Origin: Ylistrum balloti
Lineage: Eukaryota
Reading direction: 5' to 3'
Length of the DNA: 64,000 bases
NCBI RefSeq assembly: GCF_031769215.1
Contig: NW_026782527.1
Span: 434,001-498,000, forward strand
The notes beneath the pieces are model-generated. The model was not told the DNA's origin and made no database searches. It worked only from the letters and a program-made list of their open reading frames with translations. The translations under genes and the position numbers were made by a program. Below, in pieces: positions 26,886-38,100 of this stretch (within the stretch, counting starts at the first letter, position 1; each line of letters begins with the position of its first letter).

Positions 26886-28055
26886 CTCACAGCTGCATAT
26901 TTCTACATCGAATGTGATAGAATCATTCAAAAGCCTTCTTTTTTCTTTTGGAAGTTCTGTTAAAAAGAACTTCAAAATTTATCTGCTATCATGTGTAACT
27001 CCTTTTGCTAATCTGATGTTGTATGCCACTAGAATGAAATGCTTCAAAGCCAACCTTTTCAGTAATATACTAAGCTTCTGTACTGCTTTAGCAAATATTG
27101 ATTTTAGGTTTCTGATTTCAGTCACCGAGTCATATAATCAGATATTGACTTTCTTGACACTATATGCTTCATGTTCAAGAATCACAAAAATACCAACCTT
27201 TATTTTTTGTTCCTTTATTCCATTCATCCCAAGAAGTAATTACACAAAATGAATCAATTTCAATATAATTTAAAATCCATCCAACTTTGAAATTCAAACA
27301 GGAGGCAGTCATTTTCAGCATTAGCATTATCCTTGGGTTTAAAGCTATGTACAATAAAATCCTTTTTCTGAGATAAAAGCTCTTTTGATCAAATGTATGT
27401 CCTGCCTCCGTTTCCATCATTTGCAGAATCTGACAAAGTGACATTTAAACTTCATCATCACAATAATCAGCACCACAGTTGCAAGAATTCCACTGGCATA
27501 GTAACATACCACAGTTTCTTTTCTGTTTTATATACATTCTAGCACTTTGAAAATCCACATATAACACGGAACATGACAAGAGTTGTCCTCTGATTCCCCT
27601 GATAAATCCATCAAGGTGTAGATCCTTGGTCTTGGCTGGTCTTTGTTGCTTGCTATACATCCACTTTGAGCAGAATCCCATCACAGCTAAGTAACTAACA
27701 CATGTACAGAGAAGCATGGATTTGGTGTGCAGTAAAGAGTATATACATGGTTCCGGGGGTTAGTATAAACATACAGAGAGAATGGAGGCCAAGATACAGC
27801 GGTGATCTTCCATGCAAAGGATAGTTCATCTTCATACATATTCTTTTCCTCTTCTTTAAATTCCATCATGCAAAAACGAGTCGGATATCGGGTATATGTT
27901 TCGTGGGAAGAGTGTTCAGGGTCAAGAGGATGAATGTAAGTGAGGCATAAACAAAAGTAAAAAAAAAAAATAACCGAGGGAATATAGGGTAATTTTGCTA
28001 CGGGAACATAATGTAAAGAACAGTAAAGGGCATATAGATGGGTAGTGTGATACAA
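26886..28055 (-). pseudogene. Decayed intronless coding tract (pseudogene or transposon ORF remnant)
   Basis: Chain of abutting minus-strand ORFs (27687-28055, 27445-27717, 27175-27444). One frame runs ~110 codons with only 2 stops (...FAKAVQKLSILLKRLALKHFILVAYNIRLAKGVTHDSR*ILKFFLTELPKEKRRLLNDSITFDVEICSCE). Confidence 0.35.
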
Positions 28056-28269
28056 TGGATGGCACTGTTATTCATATCGGACGGTGTGTATAAGGGAAAT
28101 AGAGTTATGGTAAGTATTACGGATACCCATTCACCAATGATTTTTAACGTATTTTTTTCTATATCAAATAATTATTACTGACAAATTAAACATGCATTAG
28201 CAAAAGCAATATAGGCACATATTAAACAAAAACCAGGGAATAGTTGTCATTTTTTTCTATTCTCCCTAG

Positions 28270-29330
28270 CCCCCTGTGAAATTTGCACGAGCGAGTGTGA
28301 TTTCTCTCCACAGCGTGAAACGTACGGTTTTCAATGTAGAAAAGAGAGGCAGTCGAAACACTAAAAATAAAATATGGTTAAAATAGAAAAGGTGAATAAG
28401 CTACCTGGAAAAAGTGAAGAAAACGTACCTGGGTTTACTAGCAGGGATTCTGGATAAAAATTAGAGCGGGTATCAATACACACACAGGATAGCAGCCACA
28501 AGGACAGGATGCATGGAGAGGTGCTCAAGCGGTAGGGTTATGAATACCGTGTCAGAAACCGACCGAACAACACAGCACATCACTCCGCTGTAAAAAAACA
28601 TAGTGCGTAAATGCAACTACAAAAATAAACACGAATTCGGAAGTTTTAAAAATGTTTCATGTTTATAGTGATTTATTATGATAAAAAGGAAGTACATTCA
28701 AGTAGCATTTTCAATTATTTGTGGTCTATAATTTTGCGTAGAGATACAATGAACTTTGCTAAGTTCGGGTCATGACCTAAATCATGTGACAGATTATCTG
28801 TACAACATGGCAGCTTCCATGAGGTTGAAATCGATGAAATATTTTTAGTGGATCAAAAAGTTGTTTTCTATTAATTGTTTTCGCAACTGGAACAGAAATC
28901 AATATGGATATTGATGCTTCATACAACAAAGATATTGAATCAATACGAGAGAAGGAATTCCCAAACCTCAGAGGTAAACTAGCACCTGGGATCATTCACT
29001 ATTTGGTTTGTTTACATTTGATCAAGATGACATGACAGCTACCTGCAACATCAGAAGTTGGTCCTATCAATTAAACTCGTGTGAAGCGGCTCGCGAAAGA
29101 TAATGCAATATCGATATATGTTACCACCATACCAGCATTCGATGCGATATATCAGGGTCAGGGTCTGCAAAATTTGCACACATACATTTTTGGCTACCGC
29201 TTGGCAAAAGTGGGCGTGGCCAATTTCATAGTAATCAATACACACAAGATCATTTTCGTGTCTGGGAGCAATGCAGCTAGCGAAAACGGTCGCGCTGGTT
29301 TAGAAACGTCTGCTCCTAATCGTTACATTC
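28270..29330. promoter_or_regulatory. CpG-enriched putative (bidirectional) promoter/first-exon region of MOCOS
   Basis: Visibly higher CG-dinucleotide density than the flanks. Surrounds the MOCOS ATG. YY1-like AACATGGCAGC at 28804. Minus-strand donor CCCAG|GTACGT at 28429. Confidence 0.5.
28904..28973 (+). CDS. MOCOS: Molybdenum cofactor sulfurase, coding exon 1 (MDIDASYNKDIESIREKEFPNLR-G)
   Basis: Manual translation. IREKEFPNLRG resembles the conserved MOCOS N-terminal R..REF..L.G segment. In-frame upstream TGA at 28835. Donor G|GTAAAC, phase 1, joins exon 2. Confidence 0.85.
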
Positions 29331-31451
29331 TCACCCTTCTGCAGCATTCTTACAGAAATTACAGATACATATAATTAATTATATTTATATAACTATATAA
29401 TGTACAGTATCAACACAGAATGATCACAGGTGAGACCATAGCACACTATGTTAAGTAGAAGTCAACTGGTTGACAAATAACATGTAGATGTTGTCCGGTC
29501 TTGGTGAAGATCTAAAGGGCAATAAAGATCGCAAACCATCAGAAAGGCAATTACATGCACTTGACTTTTGCGTAAGTTTCATAATGCACAGGCTCAAATA
29601 AATGTGGTGTTGACTATCAATGATATGATACATAACAAAAAGAAATTCAACATTTATATTGTGCAGGTAATAGCTGGTAAGCAGTGTAAAATGATTTTTT
29701 TAAATTTTATAATTATTTAGCATGATTTTAGTGTTTTATTCTGATTCTTCCATTTTGCTTAATATGTCATTGTTGGGTGATATCAAATAAGTCATTTTTA
29801 AGAAAATCATATATTGTTTTTCTGTAGAAAGTTTAGTTATAAAAACATGATATTTTATACACAAACATATATGAAAACAAAGATTAAACTTCATTGGGAA
29901 GTTCTCTTTGTTTTCTTGTACTCATGGTAAATTTTCATTTGTCATTAAAATGCTTACAACTCCAATTCCTACCACCACTCAGTCCCCCACCCCCTCCCCC
30001 ACTTCATCCCACTACCACAACTTAAACCCCCATTTAAGGAATATTCTATCCCTGCTTTTTGAAATTACACACTATAGATCAGGGAACAGGTAGTTATTTT
30101 GCTAATCATAAATTGCTTAATGATGGTTCATTTGTAGAACTACTCTTCATGGTCATTAATCTGCATCATTCAGTTTCTCTGCGAGATTGTTTTTTTTTAT
30201 ATTTTTTTAAAATATTTTTGATATGCAATGTAATATAGAGTCAAATGAAAAGATAAACAGATTTTCTCAAAAACTAAAGAATCTGTTTATGTACAATGTA
30301 TCCATATATACATTTACGTAATTATGTTAATTGCCAATTACATATGCATTTTGAAGACAAAAATATATGACAAGTGATCATGAAAATGACAAATGTGTGT
30401 CATTATTTATGATGGATATGTACCTAAATCATTAGCAATAAATGTAACAACAATATATGTCATTGACAAGGATATCTGAAAACGGCAGATTTTTGCCCAC
30501 ACCTGATAATATATATATGGATTATTGCTGTTCAGTAGAATGATAAACAAAATATTTGTTTCATTTTCCTGTAATACTGCTGTCTCTCAATATAAAGTCA
30601 GGACTTGTGTGTTGACCATCTGGGCTTATTACAGGACAAATACACTTTGTACCAAGTTTTTATGAAGGGGAGGTAACTCTTTGATTTGCTATGATGACAA
30701 GTGGAAATTAAATAAATTAGAGGCCAGGAGACTCCTGGTATAATTACCAAACCTTTAAAACCAAGAGACATGTACAAATCCATCACAGATGAAACGAATG
30801 AAGTTTTTGAGAAGTATTTTGTTGGGTGTAGGATGATTACTACAGTACATTATCCTTGTATACAATGACTATGAAATAAATTTGACTATGTTTTTAAAAA
30901 AAAATCAGCTAAAAGTGATTTAAGAATACAGACAATAACATGATGATTTTTTTAACAGGATTTCCATCTGACAATCAGTTTCCTGCATCACTTTTTCATT
31001 TATTGATTTACATTACCAAGGATTTTATATCAGAAAGAGTCTGTCAGTGTATGTATTATTCCTCTATCAAACCTGTATAAATAGTGTTTTATTTTTCTGT
31101 TTTTGTTGTTGTTGTGTGTAGTATAAGTTACCTATTTTGAGGACTTTTCTTCATTTTTTCCCTTTTTCCTCAATATGTTTTTTAAGTATATCTATGATAT
31201 CACACGTAGTTGACTAGTGGAGATCAGAACAAATGTTTTATAATCAAGTTCTTTCACCTCTGACAGAAATTGAGATTGAAAAGGAATGATTTACCTGATT
31301 TTGTTGAAAAACAACTTAATCAACATACATTACAACATTTAAACCTGATATATAAAATGTAACATACTTAAGTATGGCTATACCTGTCACAGACAATTGT
31401 CATTTAGACGCTCATCTGAGTCCACCATGATTTACAGGTATGAGGAGAAAC

Positions 31452-32103
31452 TATACAGAAGAGAATATACAGGGGCCACACAGGGGAATTATAGAATAGA
31501 CAGTATACAGGGGCCACACAGGGGAATTATATAATAGACAGTATACAGGGGCCAGACAGGGGAATTGTAGAATAGACTGTATACAGAGGTCACACAGGGG
31601 AATTATAGAATAGACAGTATACAGGGGCCACACAGGGGAATAATAGAATAAACAGTATACAGGGGCCACACAGGGGAATTATAGAATAAACAGTATACAG
31701 GGGCCACACATGTGGGAATTATAGAATAGACAGTATACAGGGGCCACACAGGGGAATAATAGAATAAACAGTATACAGGGGCCACACAGGGGAATTATAG
31801 AATAAACAGTTTACAGGGGCCACTCAGGGGAATTATAGAATATACAGTATACAGGGGCCACACAGGGGAATTATAGAATAAACAGTATACAGGGGCCACA
31901 CATGTGGGAATTATAGAATAGACAGTATACAGGGGCCACACCGGAGAATTATAGAATAAACAGTACACAGGGGCCACACAGGGGAATTATAGAATAAACA
32001 GTATACAGGGGCCACACCGGAGAATTATAGAATAAATAGTATACAGGGGCCTCACAGGGGAATTATAGAATAGACATTATACAGGGGCCACACATGTGGG
32101 AAT
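31452..32103. repeat. Minisatellite, 38-bp unit TATACAGGGGCCACACAGGGGAATTATAGAATAGACAG, about 17 copies
   Basis: Directly visible. Lies in MOCOS intron 1. Confidence 0.97.
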
Positions 32104-32734
32104 CACAAGTAATAGAAATATATAAAGGATCACATATGGGGGAATTATACATTATACAGTACACAGGGGCATCATGTAATCTTGGTTATATGTCTGTTTG
32201 TGTGCTGGATTTATCACCTCTTCAACAACCAGGGTCATTTTGAGGGAGAGTATCTGGTAGTGATGCCTACCTTGCCGAACAACATATGGGAGGTTTATTG
32301 CATGCCATCCAGAGCAATGGGGATTTGGTGACTTGCCAGGTGACACAATCAAAGTTGCACAGGTTGTTCCCATAGAAACACTAACCATCCAAAGTTGGGA
32401 CCATTAAACAACATACCTCATAATGTATCTTCACTGGAGGTTCCACACAAGGGAAATTATATATGTGTACTGTAAACTGAATATTGGGTCCCACAACTTG
32501 GTAAATGTCAGCAAGATGTAGACAGGGGACCATGTAAGTTGCCTGGTACTAGTGTTTACATCTCCTTAAACAATGTTGATTAACTGTATGCCATCATCAG
32601 GTACTTGGTCACCATATGATCATGATACCATGCCATTTAGACTGGGTGCTATGTCTTTGGTTATGCACTACATGAATGCTATACCAGATTCATATATAGT
32701 CATCATATATATGTGGATCCCAACACAAGGTCAT

Positions 32735-32889
32735 GGGTTTGAGTGCTACCTAGGGCAGTTTCAGGTACTGGTTGCAGAGCGATGGTTTTTCTCTAGGAAC
32801 TCCAGCTTTCCTCCACTGCCAACCTGGCACGTCCTTATATGATCCTGGCTGTTTATAGGACATAAAGCAATATTAAGTTTAACTGAACT
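32735..32889 (+). mobile_element. Degenerate SINE copy (same family as 37945-38100)
   Basis: B-box-like GGGTTTGAG, then GGTTTTTCTCT..CTTTCCTCCAC, AACCTGGCAC, ATATGATCCTGGCTGTT and AACTGAACT, all collinear with the second copy. Confidence 0.65.
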
Positions 32890-35476
32890 ATGCTCAGCAA
32901 ATGAGCCCCCAAAGCAAGTCTAGGATCACTATGTATGTGAATCTCTGCACCACTGCAGAAGTTTGTATGATCATGTACTTAATGCTAGGTTAGATATAAA
33001 ACATAAAAGCTTACTGTAAATTATTTAATTATGAGTTGTATCCATTGATTATGATAGTGTAATGATTTTTTCTGAGATTTCCTCTGTGAATCAGTGTTTT
33101 TTTCTCTCTCATTATTTAGTTTTGTTTACCACCTGGTGCTGATACGTTGTACATTGATGAAAGTACAAAACAGCTTCTTTTTTTTTCTGATCAATGCTGA
33201 TAAATGTAATCTGACCATCTACCTTGTTGTCTTTCACCAGAAGTATTTTGATAATTGTCGATATGGGTATGGTTCCATCAGATAATATTTCATCTTGGGA
33301 ATTTTTTTTCAGGAAAATATCTCAAAAAATCGTTGTTGTGATCCATTACATTGTTTTATCACATTGTTGACAAAAATGGTGAGAACAGAGGACCAATCAG
33401 GAGCAAGCTCTTATCATACAATTGATCTTCTTCCTTGACCAGTCAAGCGAAGATAGAAATTGATGACTCGGAGCCCACACTTGATTTAAAAGGGCAAAAA
33501 AATTGTCATGTAAAGCGTTTGCCTAATCATGCAGGTTAAGGCTGATGGGTTTTGCGCCTACAGAATGGGCAAAAACTTAGGACGAATTGGTATAACCACT
33601 CGCAATAATGGGGACCTATACAATCTTTGTCGATGAATACAAATTTACGTCAATGAATAGAAATATCTGTTAATGTATAGTAACGGTACCCTCACAAAAT
33701 GTGTGATGTCAGGACGTGATTTTTATTGGTACTTTGGATAAAGAACGCTCAAAGAACCTGCCTGGTGCTCAACAGCATTAAGTTTGATTGACTGTGAACT
33801 GAAAGCGTGATTAATTATTTTTGTGTTTAGTGTAAATCGGATATTTATGTCATTGTATTTAACGTTTATTGAATGCAAGTTCTCTGATGTAGGCTTAGGT
33901 CAATGAGCTGCCAATCAGTGCAGCAATTTTAACAGTCAGAGATAACTCAGATCTGTAATTAATATTCTCTCGTTACTGCCATGAAACAGACTTTGTAGTA
34001 TCATAGATATTTTCAACATGAAGGTAGATCACACATTTATATAATATGTCTATGTCAAGTGCAGTGAACCTTCATACAACATCATAATATCTAAACTACC
34101 TAACTTACATGTAAATGTTGTTTTATTTCACTCCTAAAACTTTATGTATCATTCATTCATCCTTTTTTTTAAAAGAATATATTGATTCGAATATAATTAG
34201 ATTTTATAATCTCACAATTCTCCCCTGCACCCACACCACCTCAACCATAAAAAAGGGGGAAAGATGTGAAAAATATAAAAAAAAAAGATTTCTATGTAAA
34301 TATTTTTGTAAAGGGACATTTTATATAAGGTTGAAAAAAAACTTAAGCAAATATTTCACTCTATAAAGTACATAAAATAAGAAGTAATTTAATAATACAT
34401 TAAGGTTTATGAATATAAGATTCAATTTCAGATATTTCTTGCACAACAGATGTTCTCTAATCCAAAAATATGGAATTATAATTCTTATGATAAGGAAATA
34501 TGTGAGTACAATAAGAATTTACGAGATTTGGAAACGTAAATGTCACTTGATATCTATTATTTATCATTTACAAGACATTAGATACAATCAAATCTGTTTC
34601 AATGTGTTCTCATTTAGAACAGAATAAATATGAAATATTACAACATCGATCTGCAGATTATCAAAACTTATTGTAACACATGACCATCAGTTGTCCCTTT
34701 TAACATTAATACAAGCTAAAAATGAAATCCTACATCTTGTTGAAATCTTTTATACATGTAGCGATAAATTTGGACAAAAAACCTCCTGAGTGTAGTAGCG
34801 GTAATGTTTGTTTAATGCTTTACCCAAAACTGTGTCTTCAGGCTAACATTTGTTTTGTTTTAAACAAGAAATTTATAAATTGAGGAAAATCTCAGAGAAA
34901 GTGTTATTGTTTTAGAAGGAAATCATTTATTGAAAGGGGAAGGTGTCTTATTTTGGAGAAAATGAAATGTTGAAAGGAGAAAAGATTTGAATTTTTTGTG
35001 TGTGTGTGTATTTGTTTGTTTGGTTTTTTTTTCTTTTCCTGAATTATTTTTTTTCTTTCTCTTTTTCATTTTCTTTTTTTTTCAACTTTTTACAAAAGGG
35101 GTAACAATAATAGTAATGATATCTTTTTCATGAAACTTGGAAACTGCTGAAGTAATTTTTGAAACAAGAGATAATAATTAAAGAAAGCAAGGTCGTTTGG
35201 ATGTTATTGAATCAAGATAACATTTAGGCTATGCAAGGAAAAAGTACATTACATAGCAAACATCTTAGCTGAAGAATGACTGTAATACTTATACAGACTT
35301 AGGCTGCCAAACTAATGAACAATTTAGTGGCATTACAAGGTACAATTTGTATAGATGCATACCTATTCAACAGTGAAACAAAACTCCAGAAATATTCTGC
35401 AAATGTTTCTTGTATTATATTTTGGCATTTTGCTAACTCAACTGAAAAAAGAATGTCCTTGATATTTAATTTTTAG

Positions 35477-35633
35477 GAGAAACGTATGTTGAACATGTTG
35501 GAACAACTTTGTATGCCAGAAGTCAAATGGAGGCGTTCCAGCGGGACCTTCTTGGTAACCTGTATGGAAATCCCCATAGCAACAGCCTAAGCAGTTGCCT
35601 AGCAACAGATGTCATTGATCAAGTACGATACAG
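35477..35633 (+). CDS. MOCOS: MOCOS coding exon 2 (GETYVEHVGTTLYARSQMEAFQRDLLGNLYGNPHSNSLSSCLATDVIDQVRYR)
   Basis: Acceptor TTTTAG|GA and donor AG|GTAAAT. Contains the YGNPHS and QVRYR motifs of MOCOS/maroon-like/ABA3. Phases 1 and 2 match the neighbouring exons. Confidence 0.95.
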
Positions 35634-35881
35634 GTAAATCAAAGATTTGAACAATTATCAACTACTAGATTTTGTTTAATTATCAACATTCTAAGTAAGT
35701 TTTCCAGACAAACAATAACAATGAAGGGTAGGGGGAATTCCCATGGTATTGGAGACATCTGTTACATTGGAAAGTATGTACTTGTATAACAACTTTAAAG
35801 GCAAATTCATAATGATGTCTTCTCTGGAGTTTTATTTCTTAATTCTAATAATCTATGATTCTCAATGAATTTTCCTTTCAG

Positions 35882-36465
35882 GATACTACAGCACTTTAAC
35901 ACAAACCATGAAGAGTACAGTGTGGTGTTTACATCAGGATGTACAGGTGCTTTGAAACTATTGGCCGAGACATTCACCTTTGACCCCTTGTCTCAAAGCA
36001 ACCAATGTGACAGTTATTCAATTAATTGTAACATATCTAAACGACAAAAAGGCTCTTTTATTTACCTGTTGGACAATCACACTTCGGTACAAGGAATGCG
36101 GGAAACTATGGCAACCAGAGCAAGATTAGTGTATTGTCTTGACACCACTATCCTTGATTGTGATCGGGACATAGAGGAGGTGAAGGAAGGTCTCATTTTT
36201 AAGACAGAACATTCAGAACCTGGAGGAAACAATTTATTTGCTTTTCCTGCACAGTCTAATTTTTCTGGCACTAAATATCCATTATCATGGTTAGCGAAGG
36301 TGTGTCATGGTCAGTTTGAGTTCCAAAAGCAACTCACCGGTCAGTGGTATACTGTTCTGGATGCTGCAGCACTGATATGTACTTCTGTCCTTGACCTTGA
36401 GAAATACAAACCAGACTTTGTGACGTTGTCATTTTACAAAATGTTTGGATTCCCAACAGGAATTG
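35882..36465 (+). CDS. MOCOS: MOCOS coding exon 3 (PLP-binding core)
   Basis: Within ORF 35865-36527. Motifs FTSGCTGALKL, DNHTSVQGMRE, FAFPAQSNFSGTKYPL, LDAAA and SFYKMFGFPTG (PLP lysine). Acceptor CCTTTCAG|G and donor G|GTGAGT. Confidence 0.97.
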
Positions 36466-37587
36466 GTGAGTTTGCTTCTTCTAGAAATAAAAATATTTTG
36501 AAACATGCCAAGGTCAAAAGGCTTTAGAAGAACATTTTCAATGAAATTCAGAGAGTCAAAATAGTTGTCAACTGGACACAGATTTTCGAACACAAGAGTA
36601 AAAAATTTTGGGTAGTGAAAACATACTATCAAGGGTATACTGGAAGCTCAGGGTCGTGTTGGATAATGTAATAAATTCTATTTTGACATCATGATTCCTG
36701 ATTATGAAAAATGAAACCTTCAAAGCATTAATTTTCTTTTTCAAATGGTTTACTGAAATATTGTTTGATCTGAAAAGCAAGTTGGTGATCATTTGTTCAG
36801 TAATATTCAACAAAACAAAATTCCTGATCAGAAAAATGATTCATCTTTATGACTAACAAAAGAATACATCATGAGCACTCATCAAGACATTTATACAGAT
36901 TCTTAATTTCTTGTTAATTAGTGGGAACTTGTTGAATAAGATATTTAATAATAAGACATTATTTCATCCTACTGTACACTCACGAGATCAAATACAGTCT
37001 ATTTTGTTCTCCCTTTATAAGCTTGTCTGCCTCATATCTTGGATAAAATTATACTGTGCTAAATTTCCCTTCATGTTTTATTTCCCAATTTATTTATTCC
37101 GTATTTATTCAATGAAGAAAAAGGAAAACCTTTCATCACTAGATTTATCTCCCTTGTAATTGAAGCCATGTGGTGGAAAGAATGATAATATCTGCTTTGG
37201 GGCTTTACAGATTCTCAGAAAATCTTGGAAACATTAGCTATTTTTTTAATGAATGACTGGACTGTAGATAGATTTATATGTTTATTTATTTGCTTTCTTG
37301 TGAACCATATAAATGAAGAAAGCACTTAATACCGTTTACTTATCTTTAGTCTTTAGGAAAATAGGATGTATGTATTTTAGACTTTGTCTTAATTGTAGAC
37401 ATTAGTGTGTGAGTTGTGTGGCAATTGAGTCTAATGCAGTTGCATAATGAAATAAACAGCAAAAATTGTGTGACACTTTCACAAAAATAGACACATTGCT
37501 TAGATCAAAGCACTATGAACCAGGAAATTTCATTCAGCCCATTTAGTAACTCTTAATTGTTGCTGGCCATGGCAACAAAAATAGTGA

Positions 37588-37900
37588 TTTTTAGTTCATC
37601 TGGCCTGAAGGGCCTAATGAGCTTTTGCCGTGACATGGCATCTGTCACCATCTTGCATTCAGCATCAACTTGTTTCTTTTAACAACTGCTTCTCAATAAC
37701 CAACAGACCAAATGTTTTGATATTTGGCTGGAGTGTTCCAAGGATGAAGCCTAAAAAGGTTTGCAAAAAGAAATGACCTTGACATATATTCAAGGTCACT
37801 TGGGTCAGATTCATTGAAATCTTTAAACGACTTCTTCTCATAAACTTAAAGGCCCAGAGGTATGATATTTGACTTATATTTTATGTGACAAATCTGTTCT
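37588..37900 (+). mobile_element. pearl/HINE-like non-autonomous element fragment
   Basis: Begins TTTTTAGTTCATCTGGCCTGAAGGGCCTAATGAGCTT (subterminal hairpin), followed by the typical GACTTCTTCTCA/TGACCTTGAC core motifs. Confidence 0.5.
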
Positions 37901-37944
37901 TCCAAAATGCATTTGTCAGCCCTTGCCCTCCACTTCTGAGTTTT

Positions 37945-38100
37945 GGGTTTGAGGACTACATAGGGAAATTGCCAGGTACTGGAGACAAATCAGTGGATTT
38001 TCTCTGAAATCTTCAACTTTCCTCCACAATCCAAACCTGGCACATCTTTATATGACCCTGGCTGTTAAGTCCATGTAACAGCATTGAATTAAACTGAACT
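37945..38100 (+). mobile_element. Degenerate SINE copy (same family as 32735-32889)
   Basis: The same motif series is present in the same order. Confidence 0.65.

Noticed and set aside
33094-33380. YGYG-containing ORF as MOCOS exon 1
   Set aside because: It is followed by a stop and has no phase-1 donor. The exon at 28904-28973 fits much better.
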